DNA of 64,000 bases from Schizochytrium sp. TIO01 (GCA_004764695.1 SMSO01000032.1:248001-312000), one strand, 5' to 3'. Counted from the stretch's first letter, positions 1 to 11,641 are shown. Notes: generated by a model not told the origin, from the sequence alone. Made by a program: numbers and translations.

Positions 1-2
1 CG

Positions 3-944
3 ATGCAAGAGTCATCTCGATCTCTACAGCAAAGGTTACAGGTAGCCACAATCGAAATTGAGCGCCTGCAAAAGGATGTCCATCGCCTTGAAAAAGAGGC
101 CGCAAAGGCCAATCATGAAGCTGTCAGCCTTCAACAAACCTTGGAAAATGTTCGTTTGCAGTCTGACGCTCGACTCGAAGCTGCGCATGAGCGAGCCAAA
201 ATTGCAGAACAACGTTTAGTGCAACGTGCTAGCCATGCCGAGGCCCGTGCGACTGAGGCGCAGCAGATTATGGAACATGTATGCTCTGAGAAAGACCGAT
301 TGAAACGACAGGGAGACGAAACTCTGGAAAGTACAGTGGAACATTTCGAGAAGCGTATAGGGGAATATCGTGATGCTGCTGCTCGTTATGAAGCCCGTAT
401 TCAAGAACTCACCATGATGATTGATACTTTGCAACACGAACGTTCTGAAGTTGCTAGACAGCTTAAGGACCATGAGACACAAACCCGCAAACTTGAGCAC
501 GCAGCAACGCAAGCTGACAAACGCTATACAGACGCTAAGCTTAAGCTTGCTCAGGTTCTTGCTTCAGAGGAAAAACGCGTTCAAGAGTTTGCAGACATTA
601 ATCGTCGCCTCGACCAAATAGAGATCGAAAAAGGTAGAATTCAGAGAGAAAGGGATTCCGCAATCCGAGCCTTGGAAGACCGAAACTCAGGTAGAGCAAA
701 TATTCCCCATCAGCAACGAGCATTGCTTGATATTGACCCATTTCAACGTCGGAGTTCTGCAACAAGACAAACAGGAATACCATTGCCTTTTATGACTTTG
801 TCAAGTAGCGCTAATCTAGGCCAGTCACAAGGAAAGTATGCGCCAGATTCCCCTAGCTCACGGTCTACACGACTTCGATATGAAGTGCAACGCGAGGCTG
901 TACCATCACCCCCGCCAGTAAGAGCAGACCCTCAGAATGATTAG
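3..944 (+). CDS. Coiled-coil protein of unknown function, probably the 3' part of a gene that starts before the window
   Basis: 313-aa ORF at the window edge; long E/Q/K/R/L/A heptad-like stretch followed by an S/P-rich tail; stop TAG at 942-944. Confidence 0.75.
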   Translation: MQESSRSLQQRLQVATIEIERLQKDVHRLEKEAAKANHEAVSLQQTLENVRLQSDARLEAAHERAKIAEQRLVQRASHAEARATEAQQIMEHVCSEKDRLKRQGDETLESTVEHFEKRIGEYRDAAARYEARIQELTMMIDTLQHERSEVARQLKDHETQTRKLEHAATQADKRYTDAKLKLAQVLASEEKRVQEFADINRRLDQIEIEKGRIQRERDSAIRALEDRNSGRANIPHQQRALLDIDPFQRRSSATRQTGIPLPFMTLSSSANLGQSQGKYAPDSPSSRSTRLRYEVQREAVPSPPPVRADPQND

Positions 945-1260
945 CCGCGTTCCAAGTCAAAAATCGAATGACATGCTTTCCAAGACCCCTGCTATGTATT
1001 GCTTGCAAGAAATACAAAGTACTTTCTACTACTGCATTATAATCACAACATATAATTTTATTACCTAAGCCTATGCTTCGCATCCTCTTCGCCCCCACCT
1101 GCGATTTAAATTTTTAATTCATCGAGTAATCTCCACATCTTTCGTTGATCCTTAGAATTGTAACCAGAACAAAAATAGTCCCCTTGTAGCTTACTACTTA
1201 CGTCTACTTTCTGCAAAAGTCAATCCAAACAAATTAATCAGCAAGCTCTCCTTTACAAGC

Positions 1261-2484
1261 ATGATGCTTCCGTTCTCACTTTTACGCTGTGGCACCAGTC
1301 GCGGGCCTTTCATTACCTTGAGTGACCTCCGCGCAAGCGCGACTCAACAATTTCCCAAGAGCCGAGACTGCTCACGATCTGATGGGCTCGTTCCAGGGCT
1401 ATCTGGAGCAGAGATCGAGGTAGCTCTTGACTTGGTGGGAAGCGGCCAAAGTGGACAACTCGAAGGCATAGGCGGTAACTCAGCTGTAACCAACAAGGTT
1501 TATATTGTTGCTCCTCGGTCTGAGGATTCCTGCGAGTGTTGGTTCTTGCAATGCAAAGTCCGCGAACGAGGGATTGATGCTTCACACGGTGACTGTGGGA
1601 ACATGTTAGCAGGAGTTGGGATTTTTGCTCTCGACCGTGGGCTTGTGATGCGATCAAAGGTGCGGGACATACGCAATGAAGGCTTTTCTACGATCAAAGT
1701 GTTCGCTAATGCCACAGGAAACCAGTATGAAGTCGATGTACCCACAAACCAGGATGGATTTCCTGTTCTAAGCGGTAACTATGCTATTGCTGGAGTACCA
1801 AGCAAAGGTGCGCCCATAGCTGTGCGGAGCTTGTCAAAGGGAGGCCATAAAACAGGATCACTTTGGCCTTGTGGTCTTACAACTATTCTCACAGGTATTG
1901 ACGGAAATCCAATCGAGGCATCATGCATTGATGCAGAGCGTCCAATGGTGATCCTCGAGGCTTCGTCAGTAGGGATGACGTGCCTTGAAACAAAGGAGAT
2001 GCTTGATGCAAACAAATTGTTAATGGCAAATTTAGAAAGCCTTCGCTTACAAGGAGGAACAGCTATGGGTCTTGGAGATTGCACAGGCAAGGTTTCACCT
2101 AAGCTCTGTGTAATTGCTGAAGATCCGGAAAATCTCGATTCTCTGCAGACCAGATATTTTGTTGCACCGTTTGAGCATGATACCCATCCTACTTTAGCTA
2201 TGACTGCAGCACAAGCTCTTGCTGTAGCTGCTTTATCGCCAGGCAGTATTCCGTACAAACTCATGATACACAGTTCCAAAGAATACTCAGATTCTTGTGA
2301 CGTGAATCTGAATTTTCATCACCCTCTTGGGACGGTGGATATTGATGTAGCACTTGACAAACCAACACAAACTTCAGAATACAGTCCTTTTGTTTTGCAA
2401 GATGGTTCAAATATCATTGGGACCTCGTACAAGCGTACCGTGAGACGCCTTGTAAACGGGCAGTTTTTTGTACTAGATTTGTAA
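1261..2484 (+). CDS. PrpF / 4-oxalomesaconate tautomerase (FldA/GalD/LigU-like) family isomerase
   Basis: LRCGTSRG resembles the family MRGGTS(K/R)G motif; also GIGGNSAVTNKV, CGNMLAGVG (catalytic Cys motif), KVSPKL and HPTLAMT; 407 aa, intronless. Confidence 0.88.
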   Translation: MMLPFSLLRCGTSRGPFITLSDLRASATQQFPKSRDCSRSDGLVPGLSGAEIEVALDLVGSGQSGQLEGIGGNSAVTNKVYIVAPRSEDSCECWFLQCKVRERGIDASHGDCGNMLAGVGIFALDRGLVMRSKVRDIRNEGFSTIKVFANATGNQYEVDVPTNQDGFPVLSGNYAIAGVPSKGAPIAVRSLSKGGHKTGSLWPCGLTTILTGIDGNPIEASCIDAERPMVILEASSVGMTCLETKEMLDANKLLMANLESLRLQGGTAMGLGDCTGKVSPKLCVIAEDPENLDSLQTRYFVAPFEHDTHPTLAMTAAQALAVAALSPGSIPYKLMIHSSKEYSDSCDVNLNFHHPLGTVDIDVALDKPTQTSEYSPFVLQDGSNIIGTSYKRTVRRLVNGQFFVLDL

Positions 2485-2778
2485 ATTTGCTTAGCTTTGC
2501 AAACTTGTCCTGCTTGCTGCTCTATGGTACCATTTTCACCAAACGCGATGCAATACCTTTTCAGCAGTCAATATCTAGTAGCCTACCGCTACTGCTTGCG
2601 AAGTCTATCTGTCTGACCACCCCAGGCATATAAAAACGTGTTTTATATGTTCTCTAGTATCTGCAAAAGTCAATGACCATACTCCTCAAGTCTTTTGTAT
2701 GGACTGTCCGATAATGAATCAGAAATATGTGTTTATGTAAATTGATAGGAGAAATAAAAGGGTATTATAAATGTTTGA

Positions 2779-5700
2779 CTAGACCCGTTTTTGCCGCAAG
2801 TAAGCATCCTGACAAATTGTTTTCACATCAGGTCTGTACTCTTGGCTATAAGTGAGACAACGACGGATAAATTCCTTTGCTTCGTTGGAGACTTGGGGCT
2901 TCTCAGGGAAATCGACCTGAAATGCCCGTGTGATGGTACCTTGTTGCAAGACCTTCTCCTGGGTCATACCTTCACCGAATGGTCGCATACCATACAACAT
3001 TTGATAAAAAATCACACCAGTTGACCACACGTCAACCTTGGAGGAAATCTTGGGCGGAGGGCCTGTCAACCGAAAACATTCAGGTGGCAGATACCAGTAT
3101 GTGCCAGCGCCTTGAGAGGTAAGTTCGATACCTGTTGATTCTGTGTCTGCGGGCTCCATAATTTTGGAAAGCCCAAAGTCGGTGATTTTAATGCCACCGC
3201 TGCCATCGAAGAGAATGTTACCCGGTTTGAGATCGTAATGAATAATACAAGGGCGCCGTTTGCTTTGCGGTTGTGCAAAATGTCCAGTGACACCAAATGG
3301 TGAAGATGAGGCTGGCAGTGCGCCGCCATTTGTGCCTTCCAGCGGATGCCCATGCTCATCAAGCATGCCATCCTCGTGATGGTTATCGTGGCTCCACCCG
3401 TGGTGTTGGTCGGATCCACTGGCCCCAGCAGAATTTTCATTCACGACATAGTTTTCGCGACCCACATCCGCAGCACTGGATGGTCTCCCACCAAAGTCCT
3501 CTAGCGAGAGTTCACCACCGGAACTCAGGTAACGCAAACCAGACAAAATTTGTAATAAGATTGACCGAGCTTCCCGTTCTGGCAGTTTCTTACGATGTTT
3601 AAGGTGAAACTCAAGATCAGTACCTTCACAGAACTCCAAAACAGTAGCAAATGAGTTTGCATCAATTTCAAAAACGTCATAAAGCTGTACAATGCGCGCA
3701 TGCTGCAAGCTAAGGTGAATTTTATATTCGCGGGTGGCATGTTTGAGATAGCTTGCCTTTTTGACGTCATTCCAGGATGAGTTGAGTTCATGCACTTTCA
3801 CTGCTACATCACGAAGTTCCACAAGATCGAATCCTTTCCACACTTCGCTAAAGCCACCTTTGCCCAAGAGTTCTCGAAGCAAGTAACGGTTATTCAATAC
3901 AGGTTGACGATTAAAACGAGACGCATCTTCCTCGCGTAGTCTTCTCAGTGATTGGAGATATACGAGCTTTTCCAAATCCACACGTGCACGTTCTTCGACA
4001 AGCTCTTGTTCGATGCGCTTTAAGTTGCCAAGCTCTACCTTAATGCTTTCCTCCATTTCGATAGCCTCGAGGTCAATCAATGAAGTCTCTCCAGGATCTG
4101 CATTGGCACGACGTTGGCGAACAAGTTTTGCGACTGCCTTTTTCTTTTTTTCAAGGTCGTCACGTCGTTCGAGCACGTCAAGCTGGCGAGCCCGAATGTC
4201 GCGAAAATTCTCTCCCTCTTCCCATGTTTCTGATAGCTTTGCACGCGGGCCAAACCCATGACGTTGAACCACCAAACGTCCAAGACGAAACCCATCTTCT
4301 ACAATTTTCTGGCGCAATTTCCGGAGGCGCTCCTGATCCGCTTTACGTAGAAGGTCTTCAAGGCTCTTGGCAACTTTTGTTTGATAGTCGTGATAGTCGT
4401 TCTGAGTTCGACGGAGATCATCTTCATATTCACGCGCTTGCCCCTCCTTAACCTCAATGAGATTTCTGAGCCGAGCAAGCTCTTCATCCTTCGTTGCTGC
4501 AAGGCGTTTCAAGCGCTCTACTTCGGCACTTGGAACAAGATCCTTTGGACTTTTAGCTGGGGTATTGTTGCTGTGACTATGCGAAGAGGAGCTGCAACTA
4601 TGGCTGCGGCGAAGGGGTGTCACCGGACCATTCGAGGCGGAGGGCTCTTTGGAAGCTCCCTTGCTTGCGCCAACGTTCATACTGTTAGTACGACCGGGTG
4701 TTTTACTGATAGACCGGCTCGTTGAAGGAACTTGTGATTCATCCGTAGAAGAAGTTGAGGGCGCTGGAGTAGGCGCCGCAGATGGGGTTCCTGGGGTTTG
4801 TGCTACTGCTGCATGCTGAGATGTTACAGCTGGAGCTGGGGTTGAGGCACTTGCGCTGGTTGAGGTGTTATTGCTATTCTTAGCAGAAAAGTAATGTTTG
4901 ATCTGAGGTTGATTTTTGAGTGCCTTACGCAGTGCGGACTTGCTCCCGACGCCGCTGCTACTCGTGTTGGCGCCATTGGGGCCCGGTGAATTGTAACGAC
5001 CAGACGTGCGTGAAGTAGCCCCATTTGTGATTCCTGAGAGTTCCCCTCGCGAAGATGTGTTAGACCGTTCCATCGATACATAGCTTGCTTCCTCCTGTGA
5101 TTTAGAGTTGTGTCGCATAAGCACCTCATGTGCGTTGTTCAGGTTTACCTGCTGATCCTGATTTGATTTGGACGCATTTCCATCGATCAAAGAGCCACGA
5201 CGTCTTAAGTGCTGACTGTTACCAAGGCTATTGCTGCTGCTGATTGCTCGGGGTTTATCTGAAGTAGTGAGGTTCTCAGAAGATGAAAGTATCGTGCTTG
5301 GGGGTTCGTTCTGATCGTTATTCCCTTTTTGATTGTCTGTACTAGGTGAAGGAGATGAGTCGTTGCGACGACGACGCTGACGAGAGGACGACTGTGGCGT
5401 CTTTTGTACACTCTCTTCCTCTCGATTATTGTCGCCGTCATTTTCACCATCAGTGTACTGTGAACTGTGGTGTTTTTCCGGAGTGTGTTGTGCCACAGCT
5501 GTTGCATACTTTCGCTTCCGCTGCTGTTGATTTGGGGTTGGTGCATCATTTTGAATCGGAGACTGGTGTTCCTCATCGGGAGAGGCAGGAGGTGCTCCTC
5601 CTCCCGGGGTTGCTGATACCTTCTCAATTCCAGGAATAGTACGTGAGACGGAGCTGCCGAAACTGGAGCTACTTCTCTCACCAAGTGCTTCTTGGGTTTC

Positions 5701-5856
5701 CTTGGCGCGCGGACCCGCTGGGGTAGGTGACGTTGATGCAAAACCTACTGATGTGACAACATTTCCGCTCCGTCCATGTGACATAATGCGTGCCTCAAGT
5801 CGTTGCAAACGCTCATTATCTGCATTGGGCAGATTCCCTACGAACTCGTTCACCAT
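2779..5856 (-). CDS. TLK: Tousled-like Ser/Thr kinase
   Basis: LLGKGGFSEVWK, VAVKVHELNSSW..KKASYLKHATREY, IIHYDLKPGN, DFGLSK, ELTSQGAGTYWYLPPECF and KISSKVDVWS are TLK hallmarks; coiled coil before the kinase domain. First ATG at 5856 is in a gccgccATGG context (the track start at 5865 is TTG). Confidence 0.95.
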   Translation of the reverse strand: MVNEFVGNLPNADNERLQRLEARIMSHGRSGNVVTSVGFASTSPTPAGPRAKETQEALGERSSSSFGSSVSRTIPGIEKVSATPGGGAPPASPDEEHQSPIQNDAPTPNQQQRKRKYATAVAQHTPEKHHSSQYTDGENDGDNNREEESVQKTPQSSSRQRRRRNDSSPSPSTDNQKGNNDQNEPPSTILSSSENLTTSDKPRAISSSNSLGNSQHLRRRGSLIDGNASKSNQDQQVNLNNAHEVLMRHNSKSQEEASYVSMERSNTSSRGELSGITNGATSRTSGRYNSPGPNGANTSSSGVGSKSALRKALKNQPQIKHYFSAKNSNNTSTSASASTPAPAVTSQHAAVAQTPGTPSAAPTPAPSTSSTDESQVPSTSRSISKTPGRTNSMNVGASKGASKEPSASNGPVTPLRRSHSCSSSSHSHSNNTPAKSPKDLVPSAEVERLKRLAATKDEELARLRNLIEVKEGQAREYEDDLRRTQNDYHDYQTKVAKSLEDLLRKADQERLRKLRQKIVEDGFRLGRLVVQRHGFGPRAKLSETWEEGENFRDIRARQLDVLERRDDLEKKKKAVAKLVRQRRANADPGETSLIDLEAIEMEESIKVELGNLKRIEQELVEERARVDLEKLVYLQSLRRLREEDASRFNRQPVLNNRYLLRELLGKGGFSEVWKGFDLVELRDVAVKVHELNSSWNDVKKASYLKHATREYKIHLSLQHARIVQLYDVFEIDANSFATVLEFCEGTDLEFHLKHRKKLPEREARSILLQILSGLRYLSSGGELSLEDFGGRPSSAADVGRENYVVNENSAGASGSDQHHGWSHDNHHEDGMLDEHGHPLEGTNGGALPASSSPFGVTGHFAQPQSKRRPCIIHYDLKPGNILFDGSGGIKITDFGLSKIMEPADTESTGIELTSQGAGTYWYLPPECFRLTGPPPKISSKVDVWSTGVIFYQMLYGMRPFGEGMTQEKVLQQGTITRAFQVDFPEKPQVSNEAKEFIRRCLTYSQEYRPDVKTICQDAYLRQKRV

Positions 5857-7656
5857 GGCGGCCAATTAGAAGTTGAAGCCAAAGAAGTTTGTTTATTAGT
5901 CGATCCACCAATAAACTTCAGCAGAGTTGTATGAGTTTCTTAGATGGGTCAGGGAAATCGCTCCCTGCTTCACCTTTCTTTATGTGTTAATTTTCGACCT
6001 TTGCCGATAGCAAACTCTGCGGTCGTTGAGCGCCACTCAGGTCGTTAGTGAGATAGTTAGGCTCTGAGATGAGCTGCAAGCGTCCTCAGATTCTGAAAAG
6101 ACTTTCTATGTTGTAGCTGCAATGCAGGTCCTCTCTCTCTCTCACTCTCTCCACTCCCGAACTCTACACAGACGCGTCGTGGTTTCTGAGTTTTCTCCGT
6201 TTCTGTTTTTGTGGTCGTTGGAGTCTCAACCTGAGAGCGGAGTGCTCTGGATGCCGATGCTTTCTATATAGTATTTATTTCTCTTTTGACGCTGTTCTCC
6301 AGATTCAACGCAGGCTGGAGGAGTGGAACGAGCTGCCTCCGGGGCGCCTTTGGCAGCTCTAAGGTCTGCCAACGAGCAGCGCAGCCTTCCCGAGGCCCTC
6401 GAGCGACCGCGGCGTCGGAGTCGCACCAGGCAAGGTGGCAATGGAAGTCTGCTCAACTCAACTACTCTAACTACTTTCAAGCAGAGGATTTTGAAATCCT
6501 ACAGTTAGGTTTTTAGGCCCCTTCCTGATGGTTAGGCCTCTTACAGGGTCGCCGATGACCAACTGTCAACAAAGTGCATCGCGTTCCAATTGATCGACCA
6601 CAAAGAACAACATACAGCGCAAAATAGAAGACGCATAGCAGGAGTAAGGTAGGATACCATCATCACTACGGGTCCTATCAATCGTCTGACTAAAGTCACA
6701 TCAATCACTCAGGTGAAGGAGTGCAGATGAGTGATGGGATTTTATATATAATCGAGGACCACTTCCTTTAGATGGGAAACGATTTTGGGAATACCAGTAT
6801 TTAATGATGGTTTGATGAGCAGCCTAATGTCCCTTTTAATTATAACTTCTGACTGCGTCTAACTCGCTAATACGTTATGATGGTTTGTAATAGTTATTAA
6901 GCAAATCATGCCGAAAAGCAGTTACGACTTATCTTTCTTTTTTTTAATGAGGGAGGTTGAAGAAGCGATGGAGTGTAACTCACGAAGGATATAGGGTCCT
7001 TCATTGGGCAAGCGCTATAAATTAGAACCTTTCTATTTAAAAAATTCAAAGGATTGGTTTGTTATAATGTTGGTTGTGCGAAGAATATCGATGTTCTTGA
7101 TAGTATGGAAAAGTCTGTCCTAGAGCCCATTGCATTGATATGAAATATCTTGAGTGCAAGTCAACAGTTCGGAAATTTTGCCAGCAACAATGCAAGTATA
7201 GATTCAACTGGCATAGATCTTGGTAGACTGCAGGTCGTCATGGATGATGATGATGATGATGGTGATGGTGAATAAAGGAGAAGAAAGCAGGCGACAGACA
7301 GCGACTGAAGATAAAGTAAAGCCGTGACAATATGAGAGCAGGGCCAGGGAGAACGGTTCAAGTAAGTGTAGCTGAAGGAAGAGAAGAGGGAGAAGCAGAT
7401 GCAGGGCAGCCAAACGTTGACAACAGATTAGGACACTTGGAGACGTACAGACAATCTTGACACGAAAGCTATTCTCAGTATATCAGGTTTGTACGTATTG
7501 TAGCCACAAAAAAAGGTTTGTTTCAGGAAGACCGTTTCCAAAAACAAGGCGAATGTAGTTTTCCAGAATCCTTGGTTGACGAAAATGGATCACAATTACC
7601 ACTTCTTCTTGGAGAATATTTAATCAAGTGGCGTGTTGGAATACGTGTATGCATCT

Positions 7657-8778
7657 TTATGGATCAGCGGGGGGTGATTCCAAAGGAGAAGATTCCTTTA
7701 CTTTACCCTCTGCTGGAGAGCGTGTGTGCGTAGATGGAGGCTCCGGAGGGTTTACAGGGACTTTTGACTGGCCAATAGACGCGTCGGCGACAGAATCTCC
7801 AGCTTCCACATCAGTTCCATCAGCCTCAGCGGCATCATCTGCATTTTCGAGAGCAAGCTTGGGCCGGTCGAGGACCGTTTCTGTGGACCCGCTTGTGCGC
7901 TTGCAGCCACGCCAATACTCAGATGATTCGTGAATGCGAAAACCAAAGATGCGCGGCACATACTTGTCAAAGGGTTCATCCATGATACGTTGAGGGTAAA
8001 CCATGAGAAACAAATGGGGGAAGGAACGACCCCAAAACGCGCCATCGAGACCACGTTGGCGCTCCTTTGCAGGAAGGTAAATCTCGCGACAGCGTGGACA
8101 GAATACCTTGACAGTTGCCTCGCACAGAACGTCAGAAAGGCCGATGGGTAAGAGAGCCTGACGCTCACAATCTATCCGCAGACATTCACCGAATTCGCGA
8201 CGGGAGAACTTCTCGTGCATTACACTCAAACCATGTGCTGTCAGGATAAAGCGTGCGTGAATAATTCCATACAAGGTCTCTGCGTTGGCCTCGATGATCT
8301 CCCGCTCAGGGCCATCTGGGTCATATTCATCTTCCCATTCCTCATCGAGGTCCATGATAAGATCCATGGCCTCGTTCATAAACTTCATTTCTGGTAAGCC
8401 GTACATGTTGAAACGATCGTCAATGTAGTCTGGATCCACCTCACACAGGAATTCGTTGCCACGCAGGGAGCAGTACCAGCTAATCCACGTTTCTGTTTCG
8501 CTACTGCTCTGGTCAGACCCTGAGCTCTCATCTTTCACGTGCTCAAATTGAAGATCTGCAGCAGCGAGTTCAGCATCAAGATCTTCGTCATATCGCAGGT
8601 TGCTTGGGACATTGGAAGTTGGTACGCGGTCATCTAGATCAAAGCCTGGCATTCGGGGTGCTTTAATGCCTTCATGATCCTTACCATCTTCATCGCCTAC
8701 AGTTTCATCATGGAACCTCGCGGCAGTCGCGCCGGTCGCGCCTGGCTGAGCTTTCTCGGTGGCGCTGTCGCCGTCCAT
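7657..8778 (-). CDS. CSNK2B: Casein kinase II regulatory subunit beta with acidic N-terminal extension
   Basis: WISWYCSLRGNEFLCEVD.DYI.DRFN.YGL, LYGIIHARFILT, zinc ribbon C-x4-C...CPRC, DGAFWGRSFPHLF, YVPRIFGFRIH. First ATG at 8778. Confidence 0.95.
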   Translation of the reverse strand: MDGDSATEKAQPGATGATAARFHDETVGDEDGKDHEGIKAPRMPGFDLDDRVPTSNVPSNLRYDEDLDAELAAADLQFEHVKDESSGSDQSSSETETWISWYCSLRGNEFLCEVDPDYIDDRFNMYGLPEMKFMNEAMDLIMDLDEEWEDEYDPDGPEREIIEANAETLYGIIHARFILTAHGLSVMHEKFSRREFGECLRIDCERQALLPIGLSDVLCEATVKVFCPRCREIYLPAKERQRGLDGAFWGRSFPHLFLMVYPQRIMDEPFDKYVPRIFGFRIHESSEYWRGCKRTSGSTETVLDRPKLALENADDAAEADGTDVEAGDSVADASIGQSKVPVNPPEPPSTHTRSPAEGKVKESSPLESPPADP

Positions 8779-8790
8779 ATTGTCCTTGTC

Positions 8791-8923
8791 CTCAGAAGCA
8801 CGCGAGGTTTCAATCAATTAATCAATGAGCCAATCAATTAACGATAGAATGTACGAATATACAAACAGGCAAGTCAACGAGCACAGCCACGAAGCAAATG
8901 CGGAACGCTTGCACTCAACTTAC
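8791..8923 (-). other. Candidate 5'-UTR intron of CK2 beta
   Basis: Minus-strand GTAAGT donor at 8923, T-rich body with TTGATT repeats, first AG at 8792-8791 (alternative AAG ending at 8785) just before the ATG. The acceptor is not a canonical YAG. Confidence 0.35.
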
Positions 8924-10645
8924 GAGCCAACCCACGGTCCGAATGTGCGCAAAATAATCAACAACAAAATATAGATGAGTGGGAAACACGCGCTAGAAAA
9001 AATATCTTCAAGCTAGCCGAAAACGTTCAAGACTGCAGTGCTAGTCGTTTGATTACGTAATGCCTTGCAAAGTCTACAACGACTATATTGAGCAACCTCT
9101 GCACTCGTGTTGTGCACGTTTTTCAAGGTCTTTTCAAGGAGCCCTCTGAAGCCTCTTTTAGTAGCAGGCCAACGCCCAATCCGCCAGTCAGAGAGACTCT
9201 CACAGAGCTGCAGATTAGCAGAAGCGCGGTTTTACCGTGTGTGTCTCCTTACAGCCACTGGCCTTTCCCAAATCCCACCTCGCACGAGCGTAGCGGGTTC
9301 ACGCAGCCGGCTTCTGCGCGCTCGCCGTGGCTTGGGTACCTGCTGGTGAAATATTTTGAAGGTTAACATTGATACATAATGAGCACATATAGCTAAGACT
9401 TATCTATCAACTGCTACCGACAACAAAACTACTCATAAGAGTGTCTACCATTTACTATAGACCTAAAGAGAAGATAGGAGCTTAGCACGAGGAGCGTTGC
9501 TTGCTAGGGGCCTCTATAGTAAGGCCTAGGTAGATAGATGTGGGACCGAGGCCGGTACTGGTTTGAGGGCACTTTGTCACCTCCTTTCATTCGCCGCTCT
9601 GGCGTAGCTGACGCTAGTATAGAGCTAAGGTCTCGTGGAGGAGCGCTCGAGATTGAAGATCATGTTCGTTGATGAGGCATTTCAAAGGTCGAGAAGGGAA
9701 ACAATTGTGGACAGCTGAATGATTGGGCCTGAATGTGAACAGAAGAAATTTTGAGGCAAATTTTTGAAGCCAAAATGTGTAAACTCTGTTGAGCTTGGTG
9801 AAATAAAAGTGTAATGTAAAGGGAAAGGCTTGGTAGCGCCTTCGTCAGTAGAAATGCTGTCAAGGTGAATTCTCTGTGTAGAATTTTGCCTGGAATGTGG
9901 GTATCCGAGCTTTCATTTTGCAGTTTTTTCTTTAAGGGAGTGGGAAACCGGATCAAGGGAGTACATGGAATATTGCCTGACGCTTGCTTGTGTTTGAAGA
10001 ATGATGCAATCATCCATTCCTCCTGCTTAATTTTTAGAAGCACAAGTTGCTCAAGAGCAACAAAGTATACCTACTTTACAACAGTCGACTTCATTCATGA
10101 AAACCCATAATTTGCATTGACATCCACAGTGAGCAAGAGCAATCTTGGGGATTCTTTGATGTTTGCGCGAAGATGAGGAATTACAAATGTACACTGAGGT
10201 AGAGTATTTCCAATTTTTCCAATCAGTCAGATCTCAGATGTGTATTTTGTTGGAGTTGTAGAAAAGAAAAGCAAGAACAGTTCGGGAGAAACATTTGATT
10301 AGAAAAGATTTAGTGAGATCCATTTCATAGTCATCATCAGGTCAGGCGTTAAAACAACAAGCAACTGTTGAAAAACGTCGGAAGGCAATAAGTATTAGAG
10401 GGAGAGAGGTTTGTGGTACATGTTATATCTTCGTAGAGTATGATGCTATCGCACAAACTCCAGTGAAGGCAGCATAAAGCAAAGGCAGAGTAATTCAAAC
10501 AAAAGCAAGACGCGGCGTCGTTGCTATGCACCCGATTGAAACGTCGGGCTATAATTTTATAATTGAAGCAAAAGTACTAGCAGAGGTTGCCCTCGTGCAG
10601 GTTGCAAAGGCAATTAGCTTAGGGAAACGAGGTGGTCGTCATGAT

Positions 10646-11641
10646 CTAGGCAGCAGATGCGAAGCGCTCGCAGAGTTTGGCAATGTGAGCAGGGCCAATA
10701 CCACAGCAGCCACCAATGATAGAAGCGCCTGCAGATACCCAACGCGTGGCAAACTTAGCATAGAGACCAGGGCTGATGTCAGTGCGAATCTCCATCAGGG
10801 TTTCATTGGCATCAGGCCTCTTGCCAGTAGGCGGCTTGAAGAATGCATTCGCGTATACACCCACACGGTAGGATGGGCCATGCGGGCCGACGTGAGCAGC
10901 AGCCTCGCGGACAGCATCCTCCATAACTTCGAGCTGCGAGCAGTTAAAGAGTACAGCTTGGACAAGGCCGTTGACGTCTGCTTCGCAGACGGCATCGATC
11001 CATTCGGAGACAGTCTCGTTGGAGCGAAGAAGAGGACGGTCGTCCTGAAGTGCGCTCGAAACCCAGATGGGCTTGCCGTGCTTGGCGCAGAGCTCAATGG
11101 CGAGCTTCGTCTCGGCAATGCTGGAGAGGGTCTCGACAAGGAAGAAGTCGGAGAGGTCAGCCTGAGAATCGATCAGAACAGGCCAGATCTGGCGAGCAAG
11201 TTCTTCGTCAAAGGCTTCCGGGCGGTAGCTTCCCAGTGCAGGAGAAACTGAAGCGGCAACCTGGACCTTGGCACGGCCAGGGGTTGCGTTGGCCTTGTCA
11301 GCTACTTCACGTGCAATTTGTGCGGCACGACGACAGAGTTTCTCGCCTTGCTCCCGAAAGACCTTTTCACCAACGTGAAAGGGCACCACAGCGTAGGCAT
11401 TGGTTGTGAGGACCTGCGCACCAGCTTTGACATAACGTTCATGTGCCTCCCGAACATAGTGAGGGGCATCCATGAGGGCAGCCGCAGACCATTGAGGTTG
11501 CTTGAAGGGGGCGCCCATGTTCTGGAGCAGGCGGCCCATGCCACCATCCAGAATGATCACATCGCTGTAATCACAGCTTGACGACGAGGTCGATGACTTT
11601 CTGCTCACAGGGGAGACATCCTTTTCTTGAGTGCAGCTCAT
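10646..11641 (-). CDS. Homocysteine S-methyltransferase (MmuM-like)
   Basis: ILDGGMG, GAPFKQPQWSA, TTNAY, ETLSS, LFNCS and C-terminal IIGGCCGIGP.HI (zinc-binding Cys ligands). Confidence 0.93.
   Translation of the reverse strand: MSCTQEKDVSPVSRKSSTSSSSCDYSDVIILDGGMGRLLQNMGAPFKQPQWSAAALMDAPHYVREAHERYVKAGAQVLTTNAYAVVPFHVGEKVFREQGEKLCRRAAQIAREVADKANATPGRAKVQVAASVSPALGSYRPEAFDEELARQIWPVLIDSQADLSDFFLVETLSSIAETKLAIELCAKHGKPIWVSSALQDDRPLLRSNETVSEWIDAVCEADVNGLVQAVLFNCSQLEVMEDAVREAAAHVGPHGPSYRVGVYANAFFKPPTGKRPDANETLMEIRTDISPGLYAKFATRWVSAGASIIGGCCGIGPAHIAKLCERFASAA

Noticed and set aside
9381-9480. Fragments reminiscent of U6 snRNA (AGCACATATA, AGAGAAGAT)
   Set aside because: Wrong spacing, no ACAGAGA box, no downstream conserved core.
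10526-11251. 241-aa plus-strand ORF
   Set aside because: Antisense shadow of the GC-rich homocysteine methyltransferase; no motifs.
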